Shown here: in pieces, positions 18,463 through 28,218 of the stretch
Numbering within the stretch: the first letter of the stretch is position 1
How the letters are laid out: every line of letters starts with the position of its first letter
NCBI GenBank assembly: GCA_012964335.1
Contig: DTUF01000047.1
Span: forward strand, 13,817-77,816
DNA: 64,000 nt
Origin: Candidatus Poseidoniales archaeon
GTDB taxonomy: Archaea > Thermoplasmatota > Poseidoniia > Poseidoniales > Thalassarchaeaceae
Direction of reading: 5' to 3'
Translations under genes and position numbers: made by a program
The notes under the pieces: model-generated
The model's database searches: none
Seen by the model: only the letters and a program-made list of their open reading frames with translations
What the model was told of the DNA's origin: nothing

Positions 18463-18873
18463 ATGGCGGCTAGAGCGGGCTCACTTGGAGAAGCGGCACG
18501 CCGACTCCTAAAGTGCGAAAATGCACGTCTGGTTGTCCCAATTGAGATTATCTCAGAGGCACAGATACTGGCCTTGAAAATTAGTGATGAGTTACCAAGT
18601 ATTGTTCACGAGCCAAAAGTTGAACTCGGGGCAGAAGAAAACACAATTCGCGTTTGGTCACCAAATGGCCCTCTTGTTGCTCTGGGTGGGGCTGTGCAAA
18701 ATCTTGACATTGTTTGGGTGCCAATCGCCCGTGACGAATTAGAGAAGGTTTGGCTTAGTTTTGAACAAATCGTTTCAGACTTATTGTCTGCTGGTTATCC
18801 TGGTTGTATTGATTGTGCTGGGCCGGCTGCAACTGAACCATGGGATGAGGCGCAAAGCCGATTAGGATTTTGA
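18463..18873 (+). CDS. Hypothetical protein with a C-terminal CxxC (GYPGCIDCAGP)
   Basis: Clean ORF divergent from pyrD. ATG at 18463 preferred. No family recognised. Confidence 0.6.
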   Translation: MAARAGSLGEAARRLLKCENARLVVPIEIISEAQILALKISDELPSIVHEPKVELGAEENTIRVWSPNGPLVALGGAVQNLDIVWVPIARDELEKVWLSFEQIVSDLLSAGYPGCIDCAGPAATEPWDEAQSRLGF

Positions 18874-18894
18874 AGTCGGCTTGGGAAAAATGAA

Positions 18895-19020
18895 ATTTGA
18901 CGGCTTGGCTCGGGGAACTACGTTCCCCTGTAGGGGTTAATCCCTCCCAGCCTTCAACATGTTTTATCTAGGGTCGAGAAGGCGGGCAGAACTCGGATGC
19001 GGACTGAGTCGTTGGTGAAC
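18895..19020. ncRNA. Candidate structured non-coding element (multi-hairpin)
   Basis: Stems: GGGGAAC-tac-GTTCCCC, AGGGG-ttaa-TCCCT, a long GCCTTC...GAAGGC stem and ACTCGG...CTGAGT. GC-rich intergenic region. Confidence 0.35.
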
Positions 19021-19123
19021 ACAATTAGCCATCGGCGATTTCCTCGCTCGCGAGCGCACGTACGCGAAGCGACTTCAATGGGTTACCTTGTTGAAGGCAT
19101 AAAATGTGCCTGGAGGAGTATCC

Positions 19124-21427
19124 ATGAAAATGCTAATAGTTGAATCAAAAGCCAAAGCGAAAACCATACAGAAATATCTTGGTAAGACTTACTTGGTACG
19201 GGCCTGTATGGGGCACGTTCAAGATTTACCATCGGGTAAACACAAGGACGCCCGTAAAGCAATGTGGGCATCAAAAGAGGACAGCCTACCACAACCACCT
19301 TGGAGTTTTACACCACGGGCGAAAAAAACCGTTGATATGCTTCAAAATGATGCTAGTAAAGCAAATGTTGATGAAATTCTACTTGCAACTGACCCTGACC
19401 GTGAGGGGGAATTCATCGCTTGGCGTCTTAGTGAACTACTCGGCGATATTGCACCATGTCGAAGAATTGTTTTTCATGAAATCACTATGCCAGCAATAGA
19501 AGAAGCAATAGCTGCAGCAGCTGAGATTGACCTCAATTTAGTGGATGCTGCTAAAGTGAGAAGATTCATGGATAGATTAGTAGGGTATCGAACTTCAAAA
19601 TTTGCCCGCTCCTGGCGTTTGAAATCAATGGGTCGCGTACAGACACCGACTCTTGGATTTGTAGTTGATAAAGAGTTGGAAAGGGAAGCATTCGTCCCAA
19701 CTCCTTACTTTGCAGTTAAAGCAAATGCTCAAGATATTAATTTCAACGCTAGATTTCATGAAACTGATGAAAAAGATGCATGGCGTGATCAAGAAGGAAA
19801 ATTTGATTCTAGCCGAACAAATAATGAGACTCTAGCTAAATCAGCCTACGATTCTCTTGTCTCAGAAGATAAATTGACAATCACCAATAATAAATCCTCA
19901 ACATACACCAGGAGAGCTCAGCCACCTTTTACCACCGATGCACTTCTACAGTCTGCCGGTAGTAGATGGGGAAGTTGGACCCCTAAGAGAACAATGAGAG
20001 TAGCCGGTGAGTTGTACAACGCCGGTCATATCACATACATCCGAACCGATTCAACCCGTACAAGTGGAACCGCACGAACATTAATCAAAGAACTGATTGA
20101 GAAAAGATGGGGTGCTGATCACATAGGAGCAGGAGTGTTGGGCAAGCAAGATGACAGTGCTCAAGATGCGCACGAAGCCATTCGACCAACAAGGCCAGAT
20201 GTACTTACACCTGAAGGAATGGGTAATGATGAGTTACAACTCTATCAACTGATTTGGGCTCGATTTACTGCTAGTCAGATGAACAATTCTGAATATCAGC
20301 GTCGTTCATTGATTGCTGAAGTTAAAGGATTTTCAAAGACATTGACTGGCACTTATTCATGGCGTACCCATCCCGGTTGGGAAGCCGCATTTGAGAACAT
20401 CTCAACATCTCATCCCAAAACATCTGAACCAGATTTCAACATTGAAGAGGGAGCAACATTGCAGATTGATAAGAATGATGACAGCCCCTCCTATATTGAA
20501 GATGAGACAAAGCCACCTCGTAGATATCGTCAACACAGTCTAGTAGCCGTAATGAAAGATGCAGGAATTGGTCGACCCTCAACTTATGCAACAACAATTG
20601 CTAAATTATTGGAACGGAAGTATGTCACGGATGAAAGTGGTTCATTAATTCCAACAGATGAAGGCCGTCTGTGCTGGTTAGAAGTCGCTCCAATGTACAC
20701 TAGCCAGGATGGTGAAACTCAAGTTTCTTTCTTATTTTCATCTGAATTTACAGCAGACATGGAAGAAAGGCTCGATGCTATTGAAGTTGGTAAAAGAGGC
20801 GCCCCCTCAGTTTGGAATGGATTTACCCTGCATTTCAGAGCACTTCACACTGCTGCACAAGAAATTCGTCGTTCAAAACCCACACCGAATCAGATGAATA
20901 AGTTCAAACAACTAACCAGTAAAATGGCAGAGTCTGAAATCGCCGAACATCTCAGTAATCGAGAGCCTGAAAGCCTTTCAGGTTCAGAAATGAGTGATGT
21001 CATCAAAGCAATTCTAGAATTAGGGTCTCCTCCAGCCACTGAAAAGCAAGCAAAGTTCGTAATCTCACTAGTTGATGATATTGAAGGCCTTGAACTCAAT
21101 GAGGCCTTAGCGACTGTGAAATTAGAAGATATTGACGACATGACAATGGAACATGCGAGTGAATTGATCAATACTCTCATTGAGAAGAGGGATGAAATTC
21201 CACGTCCAGCAAGTGATAAACAACTCAATTTGATTAAGAAGAAAATAGAACAATTGGAATCCACTGAAGCAGATGTTTGTAAATTAGTTGGAGCAGACTC
21301 GTTGTTAGAACTAACTGGTGGTCGGAAAGGTACTGCTAGTACTCTCATCACCGAACTCATCAACAAAACCGGCGGCCCTCGACGCGGAAGAGGGAAAAAG
21401 CGTGGCGGAAAGGGAAAAAAGAAGTAA
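19124..21427 (+). CDS. topA: Type IA DNA topoisomerase (TopA) with atypical C-terminal helical repeats
   Basis: LIVESKAKAKTI, ATDPDREGE, SMGRVQTPTL, active-site ITYIRTDS, QDAHEAIRPT and GIGRPSTY. Confidence 0.95.
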   Translation: MKMLIVESKAKAKTIQKYLGKTYLVRACMGHVQDLPSGKHKDARKAMWASKEDSLPQPPWSFTPRAKKTVDMLQNDASKANVDEILLATDPDREGEFIAWRLSELLGDIAPCRRIVFHEITMPAIEEAIAAAAEIDLNLVDAAKVRRFMDRLVGYRTSKFARSWRLKSMGRVQTPTLGFVVDKELEREAFVPTPYFAVKANAQDINFNARFHETDEKDAWRDQEGKFDSSRTNNETLAKSAYDSLVSEDKLTITNNKSSTYTRRAQPPFTTDALLQSAGSRWGSWTPKRTMRVAGELYNAGHITYIRTDSTRTSGTARTLIKELIEKRWGADHIGAGVLGKQDDSAQDAHEAIRPTRPDVLTPEGMGNDELQLYQLIWARFTASQMNNSEYQRRSLIAEVKGFSKTLTGTYSWRTHPGWEAAFENISTSHPKTSEPDFNIEEGATLQIDKNDDSPSYIEDETKPPRRYRQHSLVAVMKDAGIGRPSTYATTIAKLLERKYVTDESGSLIPTDEGRLCWLEVAPMYTSQDGETQVSFLFSSEFTADMEERLDAIEVGKRGAPSVWNGFTLHFRALHTAAQEIRRSKPTPNQMNKFKQLTSKMAESEIAEHLSNREPESLSGSEMSDVIKAILELGSPPATEKQAKFVISLVDDIEGLELNEALATVKLEDIDDMTMEHASELINTLIEKRDEIPRPASDKQLNLIKKKIEQLESTEADVCKLVGADSLLELTGGRKGTASTLITELINKTGGPRRGRGKKRGGKGKKK

Positions 21428-21493
21428 AATCCTGAAAAAATGTGAATTGCCGAGTGGCAAACTACGATAGAGGTCACCACCCCGCGTTGTTCA

Positions 21494-22702
21494 ATGTCTG
21501 GGCATCGAGTTGATGTTCTCATAGTCGGTGCTGGGCCCGTTGGTGGGTATTTAGCCGATAAATTAGCATCTTCAGGCCTTTCGGTACTTCTTCTTGAAGA
21601 ACATAAAGAGGTGGGCAGACCCTTCCAATGTGCTGGTCTAGTCAACCCTGATGCGATGGAGAAAGTTGGACTAGAGTCAACCATTCTTACATCTGTTTGG
21701 GGTGCGAGAATCCACAGTCCTAAAGGGACCTGCGTAGAAGTTGGTGAACGTGGTAAAATTAAAACTCATGTGGTTTGCCGTAAATTGTTTGATGAAGGGG
21801 TTGTGTCAAAAGCCTTAGACAAAGGGTCTGATATTTGGTTGAATTCCCGCCCAGTTTCTGCCGAGGTATCCAAAGATAATATTGTAGTCACAGTTGACAG
21901 AGCGGGCCAAACAGTTGAGGTTGAAGCATCGCTTTTATGCGGTGCAGATGGTGCACATTCATGGGTTCGCCGTTACTTCAAAATGGGACGACCCACAGAA
22001 TTGATGATTGGTTTCCAGGCTGAATTAGTTGGTTATTCGGGAGCTGAAGGGCGCCTTGACATGTTCACAGGTGAAGAGGTTGCTCCAGGACTTTTCGCAT
22101 GGGCAATTCCTAGTGGTAGGAGTTGGCGAATTGGGGTATGGTCTCTTGCAAATGACTTGAAAGGGCGAAGTTGTGAACAACTATACGAAACTCTCCTCAA
22201 TCATCCCATTTGGAAAGAGAGATTTGCGGGTGCTAAAGAAGTAGCAAGGTATTGTGGGCCTCTTCCTTGTGGGATTGTTGCCCATCCAGTTAAACAGCGA
22301 GTTGCACTTTTTGGCGACGCCGTTGGATTGTGTAAACCAACGACTGGGGGAGGGATAGGAAAAGCATTCCAACAAATTGATGAAATGGCTGAGGGTCTAA
22401 TCAAAGCAGTACAGACCAATCGACTTTCACTCTCAGACATGAAACGAATCGCGAAACCGCTGAAAGCGATGAAAAAAGACCAGAAGAGAGCGAGAATATT
22501 ACGGGATTTATTTCTTACAGATTGTGATGATGATAAATTGGAAAAAACTTTCAAAACCTTCGCAAAACCACAAGTCGTGAAATTAATCAATGAAAATGGA
22601 GATATTGAAAAACCAGTTGCATTAGGTATCAAGATGCTGAAAGAGGTGCCTGAATTCAGGAGCATGGCTGCTGGGGCTACTTGGGCATTACTGAAGGGGT
22701 GA
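21494..22702 (+). CDS. Geranylgeranyl reductase family (digeranylgeranylglycerophospholipid reductase)
   Basis: VGAGPVG, QCAGLV, GADGAHS, APGLFAWAIP and GDAVGLCKPTTGGGI. Confidence 0.9.
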   Translation: MSGHRVDVLIVGAGPVGGYLADKLASSGLSVLLLEEHKEVGRPFQCAGLVNPDAMEKVGLESTILTSVWGARIHSPKGTCVEVGERGKIKTHVVCRKLFDEGVVSKALDKGSDIWLNSRPVSAEVSKDNIVVTVDRAGQTVEVEASLLCGADGAHSWVRRYFKMGRPTELMIGFQAELVGYSGAEGRLDMFTGEEVAPGLFAWAIPSGRSWRIGVWSLANDLKGRSCEQLYETLLNHPIWKERFAGAKEVARYCGPLPCGIVAHPVKQRVALFGDAVGLCKPTTGGGIGKAFQQIDEMAEGLIKAVQTNRLSLSDMKRIAKPLKAMKKDQKRARILRDLFLTDCDDDKLEKTFKTFAKPQVVKLINENGDIEKPVALGIKMLKEVPEFRSMAAGATWALLKG

Positions 22703-23796
22703 GTAAATTGGCAAAATGGACACATCTTAGCATGCGATATCCTCCTTTTGATGCACCGTCTCACATCCCAAAGGAGATGTATAAAACAGATATTTATTGG
22801 CCACATCGAGATGATAATGAGAATGATTTGTCCCTTGGTTCGACTAATGGCTGGTTCATTCATCGTTCAGTTTCTGATGACCCACCAAAATCCGCAAAAT
22901 TAATTCATGAGCATGATTCTAAATCTGAAACAGAGAAACTCCTTTCATCTCGGATAGGTTGGGGGTTATCCCCTCACCCATTACATTCTATAGCAAGGAG
23001 ATGGATCCCATACGGGGTTGTCATTCTAATTTTTGCAATTGTAATGCACGTACTTGAACCAGTACTGCTAGGAGGTGGTTTCATTTCAGAAAGGATTGCA
23101 GGTAGCATTAATCTAGGGCTCTTGGATTATCCAATATTATTTGTGATGGCAGCACCTTTCGTAGTGATTCCAATTATTTTTAGGGTGCTTGGTAATGTTG
23201 CAGATATTAGAAGTCAACATATGTTTAAAAATAATTTACCTAAATCGCCAAAAATTACCGTGAGCAACTCTAATACAACTGGCCCAATAAAAGTGAAAGT
23301 AACGATTCCTGACCAATTTGAAAAACGTGAATTGTATGGTTTTATTCGGGTTGGATTATTACCTCCTCACCGAAATGCAATGATGTCAGCGTTGAGTGGG
23401 GATGAATTAGATTATCCACCTGTAGGGTTGTCAACTCCACTTCCTAGTGGATGGATGAAACATGCTGATGATGGTTCTGGAATCGGTGAGTCAACACCAA
23501 TGTTGATTGGCAGGGGTTCTAGTAGTCTCTTCATTGAACCAATGCGAATTCAAGTGAGTGGGCCTAGACAATTTATTTCCTCAGATGTTGAGATTGAATT
23601 AGAAACTCCAAATGGTCCTTGGCCAGCTAGTGAGTATGGGCCATTTGTCAATATAAATTGGGAATTGGTACTTGAATTCCATAGTGGGCGAAATCGCCCT
23701 CTATATTGGATTGAGCGACTTAGTGTTGGGTCAGCAGACAATTCACACTCGGTGCCACAATTAATTGCCCATGGTGGCCGTCTAGAGTCAACTTGA
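22699..23796 (+). CDS. Hypothetical membrane protein (2 TM helices plus a beta-rich C-terminal domain)
   Basis: Long ORF. The in-frame GTG at 22699 overlaps the upstream TGA. Two hydrophobic helices. Confidence 0.6.
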   Translation: MSKLAKWTHLSMRYPPFDAPSHIPKEMYKTDIYWPHRDDNENDLSLGSTNGWFIHRSVSDDPPKSAKLIHEHDSKSETEKLLSSRIGWGLSPHPLHSIARRWIPYGVVILIFAIVMHVLEPVLLGGGFISERIAGSINLGLLDYPILFVMAAPFVVIPIIFRVLGNVADIRSQHMFKNNLPKSPKITVSNSNTTGPIKVKVTIPDQFEKRELYGFIRVGLLPPHRNAMMSALSGDELDYPPVGLSTPLPSGWMKHADDGSGIGESTPMLIGRGSSSLFIEPMRIQVSGPRQFISSDVEIELETPNGPWPASEYGPFVNINWELVLEFHSGRNRPLYWIERLSVGSADNSHSVPQLIAHGGRLEST

Positions 23797-23830
23797 TGGC
23801 AACCTTACTTTTGTTGCCAAATTATTTGAC

Positions 23831-26800
23831 TTGGTACTCTCTCGGAAAATCGTGCACAAAAATAGTTTGCTCGCTAGTATGTTGGTTTCGGTCTTACTTT
23901 TTTCAGGTTGCTTCGGCTTTTTTGAGAAGAGTTCCGATATTACAGATACAATAGACGAGTCTCCTTTGATTGTAGCAAATGATGTTGCTGATATCAACTA
24001 TGGTGCTTCGGTGCATGTTAGTGGAAGCGTAACTGATGAACTCCCAACTGAAGCAAGAGTGACAATAGCATTCTCAATACCTTGGGGTACTGTATACGAA
24101 ACCCCTGACGATGAGGGCAATTGGCAGTTTAGTCTTGGCGGACTTGAACCAGGGGATTACAACGTATCTTTCACAGCAGTCGATGATAATGACCAATCGT
24201 CTGATACGATTACCAAGAGTTTTACTGTGCATCCACCATCTGAACAGGATGTTGTAATGGTTATTTGGAGAACCGATATACGTTACGAAGTTGGTGAAGA
24301 AACGTCAATAACAGGACAATTGACACATTCTACATTATCTTCATGCACACTCACCTATTCTCTCATTTCAGATGGTGAACCTACATCTGATCCAATTAAT
24401 TTTGATGATTCAAGTGGAATGTTTTCAATTTCATTAGGGGTTTTGAGTGGGTATAGCAATGGAACTGTTACCGCAAATTGTGGCCAATATACTATTTCAG
24501 AAAATAGTGTATTAGTTTCCACCCAGCCTTTGGAACAACCGATATCAGACCTTGATGGGGACGGTGTTGCTGATGAATTTGACGATTGTGAAGATGGTGA
24601 ATCATTCTCATCTTCTTTGACCACAGACTATGATTCTGATGGGTGTTACGACCTATCTGAAGACCTTGATGACGATAACGATGGCTTGGGTGACACAATT
24701 GATAATTGTCCAAAGGGTATTCTTGGCTGGCTTTCAACACCAATAGTTGACAAAGATAGTGATGGTTGCCGTGACATAGATGAAGATGATGATGATGATG
24801 GAGATACTATCCTAGACCTAGTTGACTCATGTTTAGATTCGCCTTATGGTTGGATATCCAACTTTGTAACTGATTACGATAGAGATGGATGCCGCGATTC
24901 AGATTCAGATATTGATGATGACAATGATGGAATTGTTGACTCATTAGATAATTGCCCAACTGGTGTAATCGGATGGCTGCCAGACATTCTTAATGACCAA
25001 GATTCAGATGGTTGTCGCGATTCGGATGAAGATGATGATGATGACAATGATTCAGTATTTGACGATAATGATTCATGTCCCAATACTCTGGCAAACTACT
25101 CGGTAAACGAATATGGTTGTGCACCATACGAGTGGGACGAAGATGGAGACGGAGTAATGGATGATTCAGACACCTGTCAAGGGACCCCTAGTGGCTTGGT
25201 AGTAAACGAACAAGGGTGTGCTGACTTAGACGGTGACGGGGTATTTGCAAATATTGACCAATGCCCAAATTCACCTCCCAGATGGTCTGTTGATAGTATT
25301 GGATGTGCAGTTATTCAAAATCCCGTTACATGGGATTCAGGTCCTTACTCTTCAGCACGTTTTGGTAAAAGTGCTGACTTTAACTTTGCAACAAAGTACG
25401 ATGGTAATTGGAGGCTTACATCCGAATGGGATGGTAATAGCACTTATCTATTCATTTTCCTACAGAGTTCAAGTTCATACATGAGTACAATTTGGAATCA
25501 AAATGTTGGTACATTATTGAGTGCGGTTCCAAGGAATTGTCATATTTTCTTCGGTTCATATGATAGTGATTGGCAATCCGATGTAGACACGATGGCTAGT
25601 AGAGTTAGTTCATACAAGAATAGTCAGAATACAGAGGGTAAATCTTGGGTAGATGATAATGTTCACTTCGTGTATCAACAGGCTGGCTCAATAGGCGGCG
25701 GTCTTGGTAGTGTTATTTCTTCGTGGAGTCAGTTTTACTATGGCATTGATAGATTTCAACAATGGCGTGAAGTTGGTTCCCTCTACAATTGGGCAAAGAC
25801 ATTTTCTTCTGACCCCGATTACAGATTTGACTATCTAGCAAAGGAACCCCAAATGTGGAACGCAGAGTTCCCAGTAGAGATGCGTAAGCATGACCCAGCG
25901 GTTACTGTGGTAGATTTGTGGGACGCCCAACGTCATACTGGAGGTTGGAGTAGTGGCCATAAGTCATTTGCGAATGGCACATTCCCTGATGCAGCAACTA
26001 TGTTGACATTCAACACTATGGAAGTTTACATGCACCACGGCTGTAATGAAAGACGTGATAGATATCAGAAGGGAGATGGTAGTTGGGGTGGTTGCCATGA
26101 GTGGGATTACGATCAGAGGTTGAATATCTGTCAAGAGTTTGGAAACCATTCTACATGTGGTGACGAATTTGTCCGATACATCACAACCTATGGGAGAGAA
26201 GGCCGATGGTTAACAGACATCAGCCCTTACTTGTTCATGCTAAAGAATGGAGGTCAACAAGAGTTCCGTTATGGTGGGGCTAACGGTGGGTGGCTCAACA
26301 TTTCAGTATACCTCTCAACTTGGGAGGATGATGGGATGAGACCAACATCTGCAGAATATGCTTTCAGTGGCGGTTCATTTCGAGGCCAGTATAACAATGA
26401 ATCAATGTACAAACGGGTTCATGATTTAAACATCCCAGCAGGTACTGACAAGGTAGTAATATCTTCAGTTGTTACAGGTCATGGTTTTGGTAAGGATGAT
26501 GCTAATTGTGCGGAATTCTGCAACCACGAGCATCGCTTCTCAATGAATGGCCAAGTCACTCAGGAAGATTTCCCGATGGCTGGAAATGGTACTGTCAGTA
26601 GTGATAGAGAAGGATGTGCCAAATCAACAGATATGGGTACGGTAGCTAATCAGAAAGGTTCGTGGCCTTATGGTAGGGCAGGATGGTGTGCGGGTCAAGA
26701 CACTAAACCATGGGTTTGGGATATTTCACATTGGGTGGATTGGTCCGGTGGTGCGAATATGTTGCAATATCAAGGATTATACAATGGCGTAAATTATGTT

Positions 26801-27007
26801 CCCCAAAATGAACAAAGCGGTGCTAATCAAGATATCAGAGTTGTATCATATGTGATTTATTACACCAATATCAGTAGTGGTAATTCTAGCATTCAAATGG
26901 AAGATTCACCTAGTCAACCAATAGATGATAATCAGTCTAATGAGGTTCAGACTTTAGAGATTAAAGGTTGGTTGAGAGATAAAGAGTGCGCAACTATCGA
27001 GCAGTGA
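23831..27007 (+). CDS. Lipoprotein with Ig-like domains, thrombospondin type-3-like repeats and a C-terminal peptide-N-glycosidase F-like module
   Basis: Lipobox LFSGC and many DxDxDGC repeats. GCHEWDY, EFVRYITTY, VTGHGFG, CAEFC and WPYGRAGWCAG match PNGase F-related proteins. Start is uncertain. Confidence 0.8.
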   Translation: MVLSRKIVHKNSLLASMLVSVLLFSGCFGFFEKSSDITDTIDESPLIVANDVADINYGASVHVSGSVTDELPTEARVTIAFSIPWGTVYETPDDEGNWQFSLGGLEPGDYNVSFTAVDDNDQSSDTITKSFTVHPPSEQDVVMVIWRTDIRYEVGEETSITGQLTHSTLSSCTLTYSLISDGEPTSDPINFDDSSGMFSISLGVLSGYSNGTVTANCGQYTISENSVLVSTQPLEQPISDLDGDGVADEFDDCEDGESFSSSLTTDYDSDGCYDLSEDLDDDNDGLGDTIDNCPKGILGWLSTPIVDKDSDGCRDIDEDDDDDGDTILDLVDSCLDSPYGWISNFVTDYDRDGCRDSDSDIDDDNDGIVDSLDNCPTGVIGWLPDILNDQDSDGCRDSDEDDDDDNDSVFDDNDSCPNTLANYSVNEYGCAPYEWDEDGDGVMDDSDTCQGTPSGLVVNEQGCADLDGDGVFANIDQCPNSPPRWSVDSIGCAVIQNPVTWDSGPYSSARFGKSADFNFATKYDGNWRLTSEWDGNSTYLFIFLQSSSSYMSTIWNQNVGTLLSAVPRNCHIFFGSYDSDWQSDVDTMASRVSSYKNSQNTEGKSWVDDNVHFVYQQAGSIGGGLGSVISSWSQFYYGIDRFQQWREVGSLYNWAKTFSSDPDYRFDYLAKEPQMWNAEFPVEMRKHDPAVTVVDLWDAQRHTGGWSSGHKSFANGTFPDAATMLTFNTMEVYMHHGCNERRDRYQKGDGSWGGCHEWDYDQRLNICQEFGNHSTCGDEFVRYITTYGREGRWLTDISPYLFMLKNGGQQEFRYGGANGGWLNISVYLSTWEDDGMRPTSAEYAFSGGSFRGQYNNESMYKRVHDLNIPAGTDKVVISSVVTGHGFGKDDANCAEFCNHEHRFSMNGQVTQEDFPMAGNGTVSSDREGCAKSTDMGTVANQKGSWPYGRAGWCAGQDTKPWVWDISHWVDWSGGANMLQYQGLYNGVNYVPQNEQSGANQDIRVVSYVIYYTNISSGNSSIQMEDSPSQPIDDNQSNEVQTLEIKGWLRDKECATIEQ

Positions 27008-27022
27008 AACACTCACAATGAA

Positions 27023-28186
27023 TCATTGTTGAGGTGGAGGGGCAGGTATTGATTGAGCATCAATTCCAAGTTTTGGAGTTTCAAGTAAATTGTAATCGGA
27101 ATCTCTACGAATTGCTTTGAATCCAGCTCTAATTATTGCATATTGTAATTCCTCTTCAGTGCACAGAACTTTTGTTGTACCTGCTGCTGAAACTACATTT
27201 TCTTCCATCATCGTAGAGCCTATATCATCAGCACCGCCAAACAATGCTAACTGAGCCACATCCATACCCATGGTCAGCCAAGATGCTTGAATGTGGTCAA
27301 CGTTATCAAAAAATAATCTAGATATTGCAACATGACGTAGGTATTCCACAGGTCCAACTTTTTTATTCCTGTTGCCTTTGTTCCTGCGCCCAAATGCATT
27401 ATTTTCTAATTGGACTGTCCAAGAGATGAAGGCGGTGAATCCTCTGTTACCATCAGCATTCGACCTGTCTTGTAATTGACGTACCTTATCCATATGGCCT
27501 ACTCGGTGAGCATTAGTTTCACCAAACCCAATTACGTTAGTTGCCGTGGTGGTAAGTCCTAGTGAGTGAGCCTCACCCATTACTTTTAACCAATTTTCGC
27601 CACTCCCCTTTAGAGGTGAAACGCCCAGTCGAACATCATCAACTAGCATTTCAGCCCCACCACCAGGTAAGCCATGCATACCTGCTTTTTGGAAGCGTTG
27701 TAATACCTCTAATGTTGATAGTCCACAAACATCCGCAATCCCCTCTATTTCAATAGGTGAGAAGCAGTCAAGGTCAATCGTTGGGTGGTTGGTTCGCAAG
27801 TATGCCAATAAATCTTCATACCACTCAATTTGAAGGCTAGGATCTACTCCCCCTTGCATCAATATTCTAGTGCCTTCAATGGCTTCAAGTTCCCTTACGC
27901 GCGCACTTATTTGTTCTGTGGATTGAAGGTAAGCTTCAGCATGTCCTGGTGCTCTATAGAAGGAACAGAATTGACAATTGATTGTACAAGCATTACCGTA
28001 ATTGATGTTCCGATCTATTAGATATGTAACTTCACTTGGTTCATTTATTTGACGGCGTTTGTCAAGTGCAGTTTGACGTAAAGCATTGAAATCTGCATCA
28101 TCATAAAGCGTAATTGCATCCTCTATAGATAGCCGAGGTGGATTGCTTTGTGACTGCGTTTCAAGAATATCTTGCCAGGAAGTCAA
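27023..28186 (-). CDS. mqnC: Radical SAM protein, CofH/MqnC family (likely cyclic dehypoxanthine futalosine synthase)
   Basis: DRNINY, CTINCQFCSFYR, ILMQGG, FSPIEI, PGGGAEML, HIQASW and GSTMMEENVVSAAG. Confidence 0.82.
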   Translation of the reverse strand: MTSWQDILETQSQSNPPRLSIEDAITLYDDADFNALRQTALDKRRQINEPSEVTYLIDRNINYGNACTINCQFCSFYRAPGHAEAYLQSTEQISARVRELEAIEGTRILMQGGVDPSLQIEWYEDLLAYLRTNHPTIDLDCFSPIEIEGIADVCGLSTLEVLQRFQKAGMHGLPGGGAEMLVDDVRLGVSPLKGSGENWLKVMGEAHSLGLTTTATNVIGFGETNAHRVGHMDKVRQLQDRSNADGNRGFTAFISWTVQLENNAFGRRNKGNRNKKVGPVEYLRHVAISRLFFDNVDHIQASWLTMGMDVAQLALFGGADDIGSTMMEENVVSAAGTTKVLCTEEELQYAIIRAGFKAIRRDSDYNLLETPKLGIDAQSIPAPPPQQ

Positions 28187-28218
28187 TATATCACCATCTT
28201 TTTTACAATAATATAAAT

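Noticed and set aside
19040..19075. GCACGTACG as group II intron domain V, or minus-strand GAGGAAA as RNase P RNA
   Set aside because: The rest of the domain V hairpin and the complementary RNase P P4 strand are missing.
20890..22863. Long minus-strand ORFs (264 aa and 220 aa)
   Set aside because: Antisense to topA and the geranylgeranyl reductase, with no recognisable motifs.
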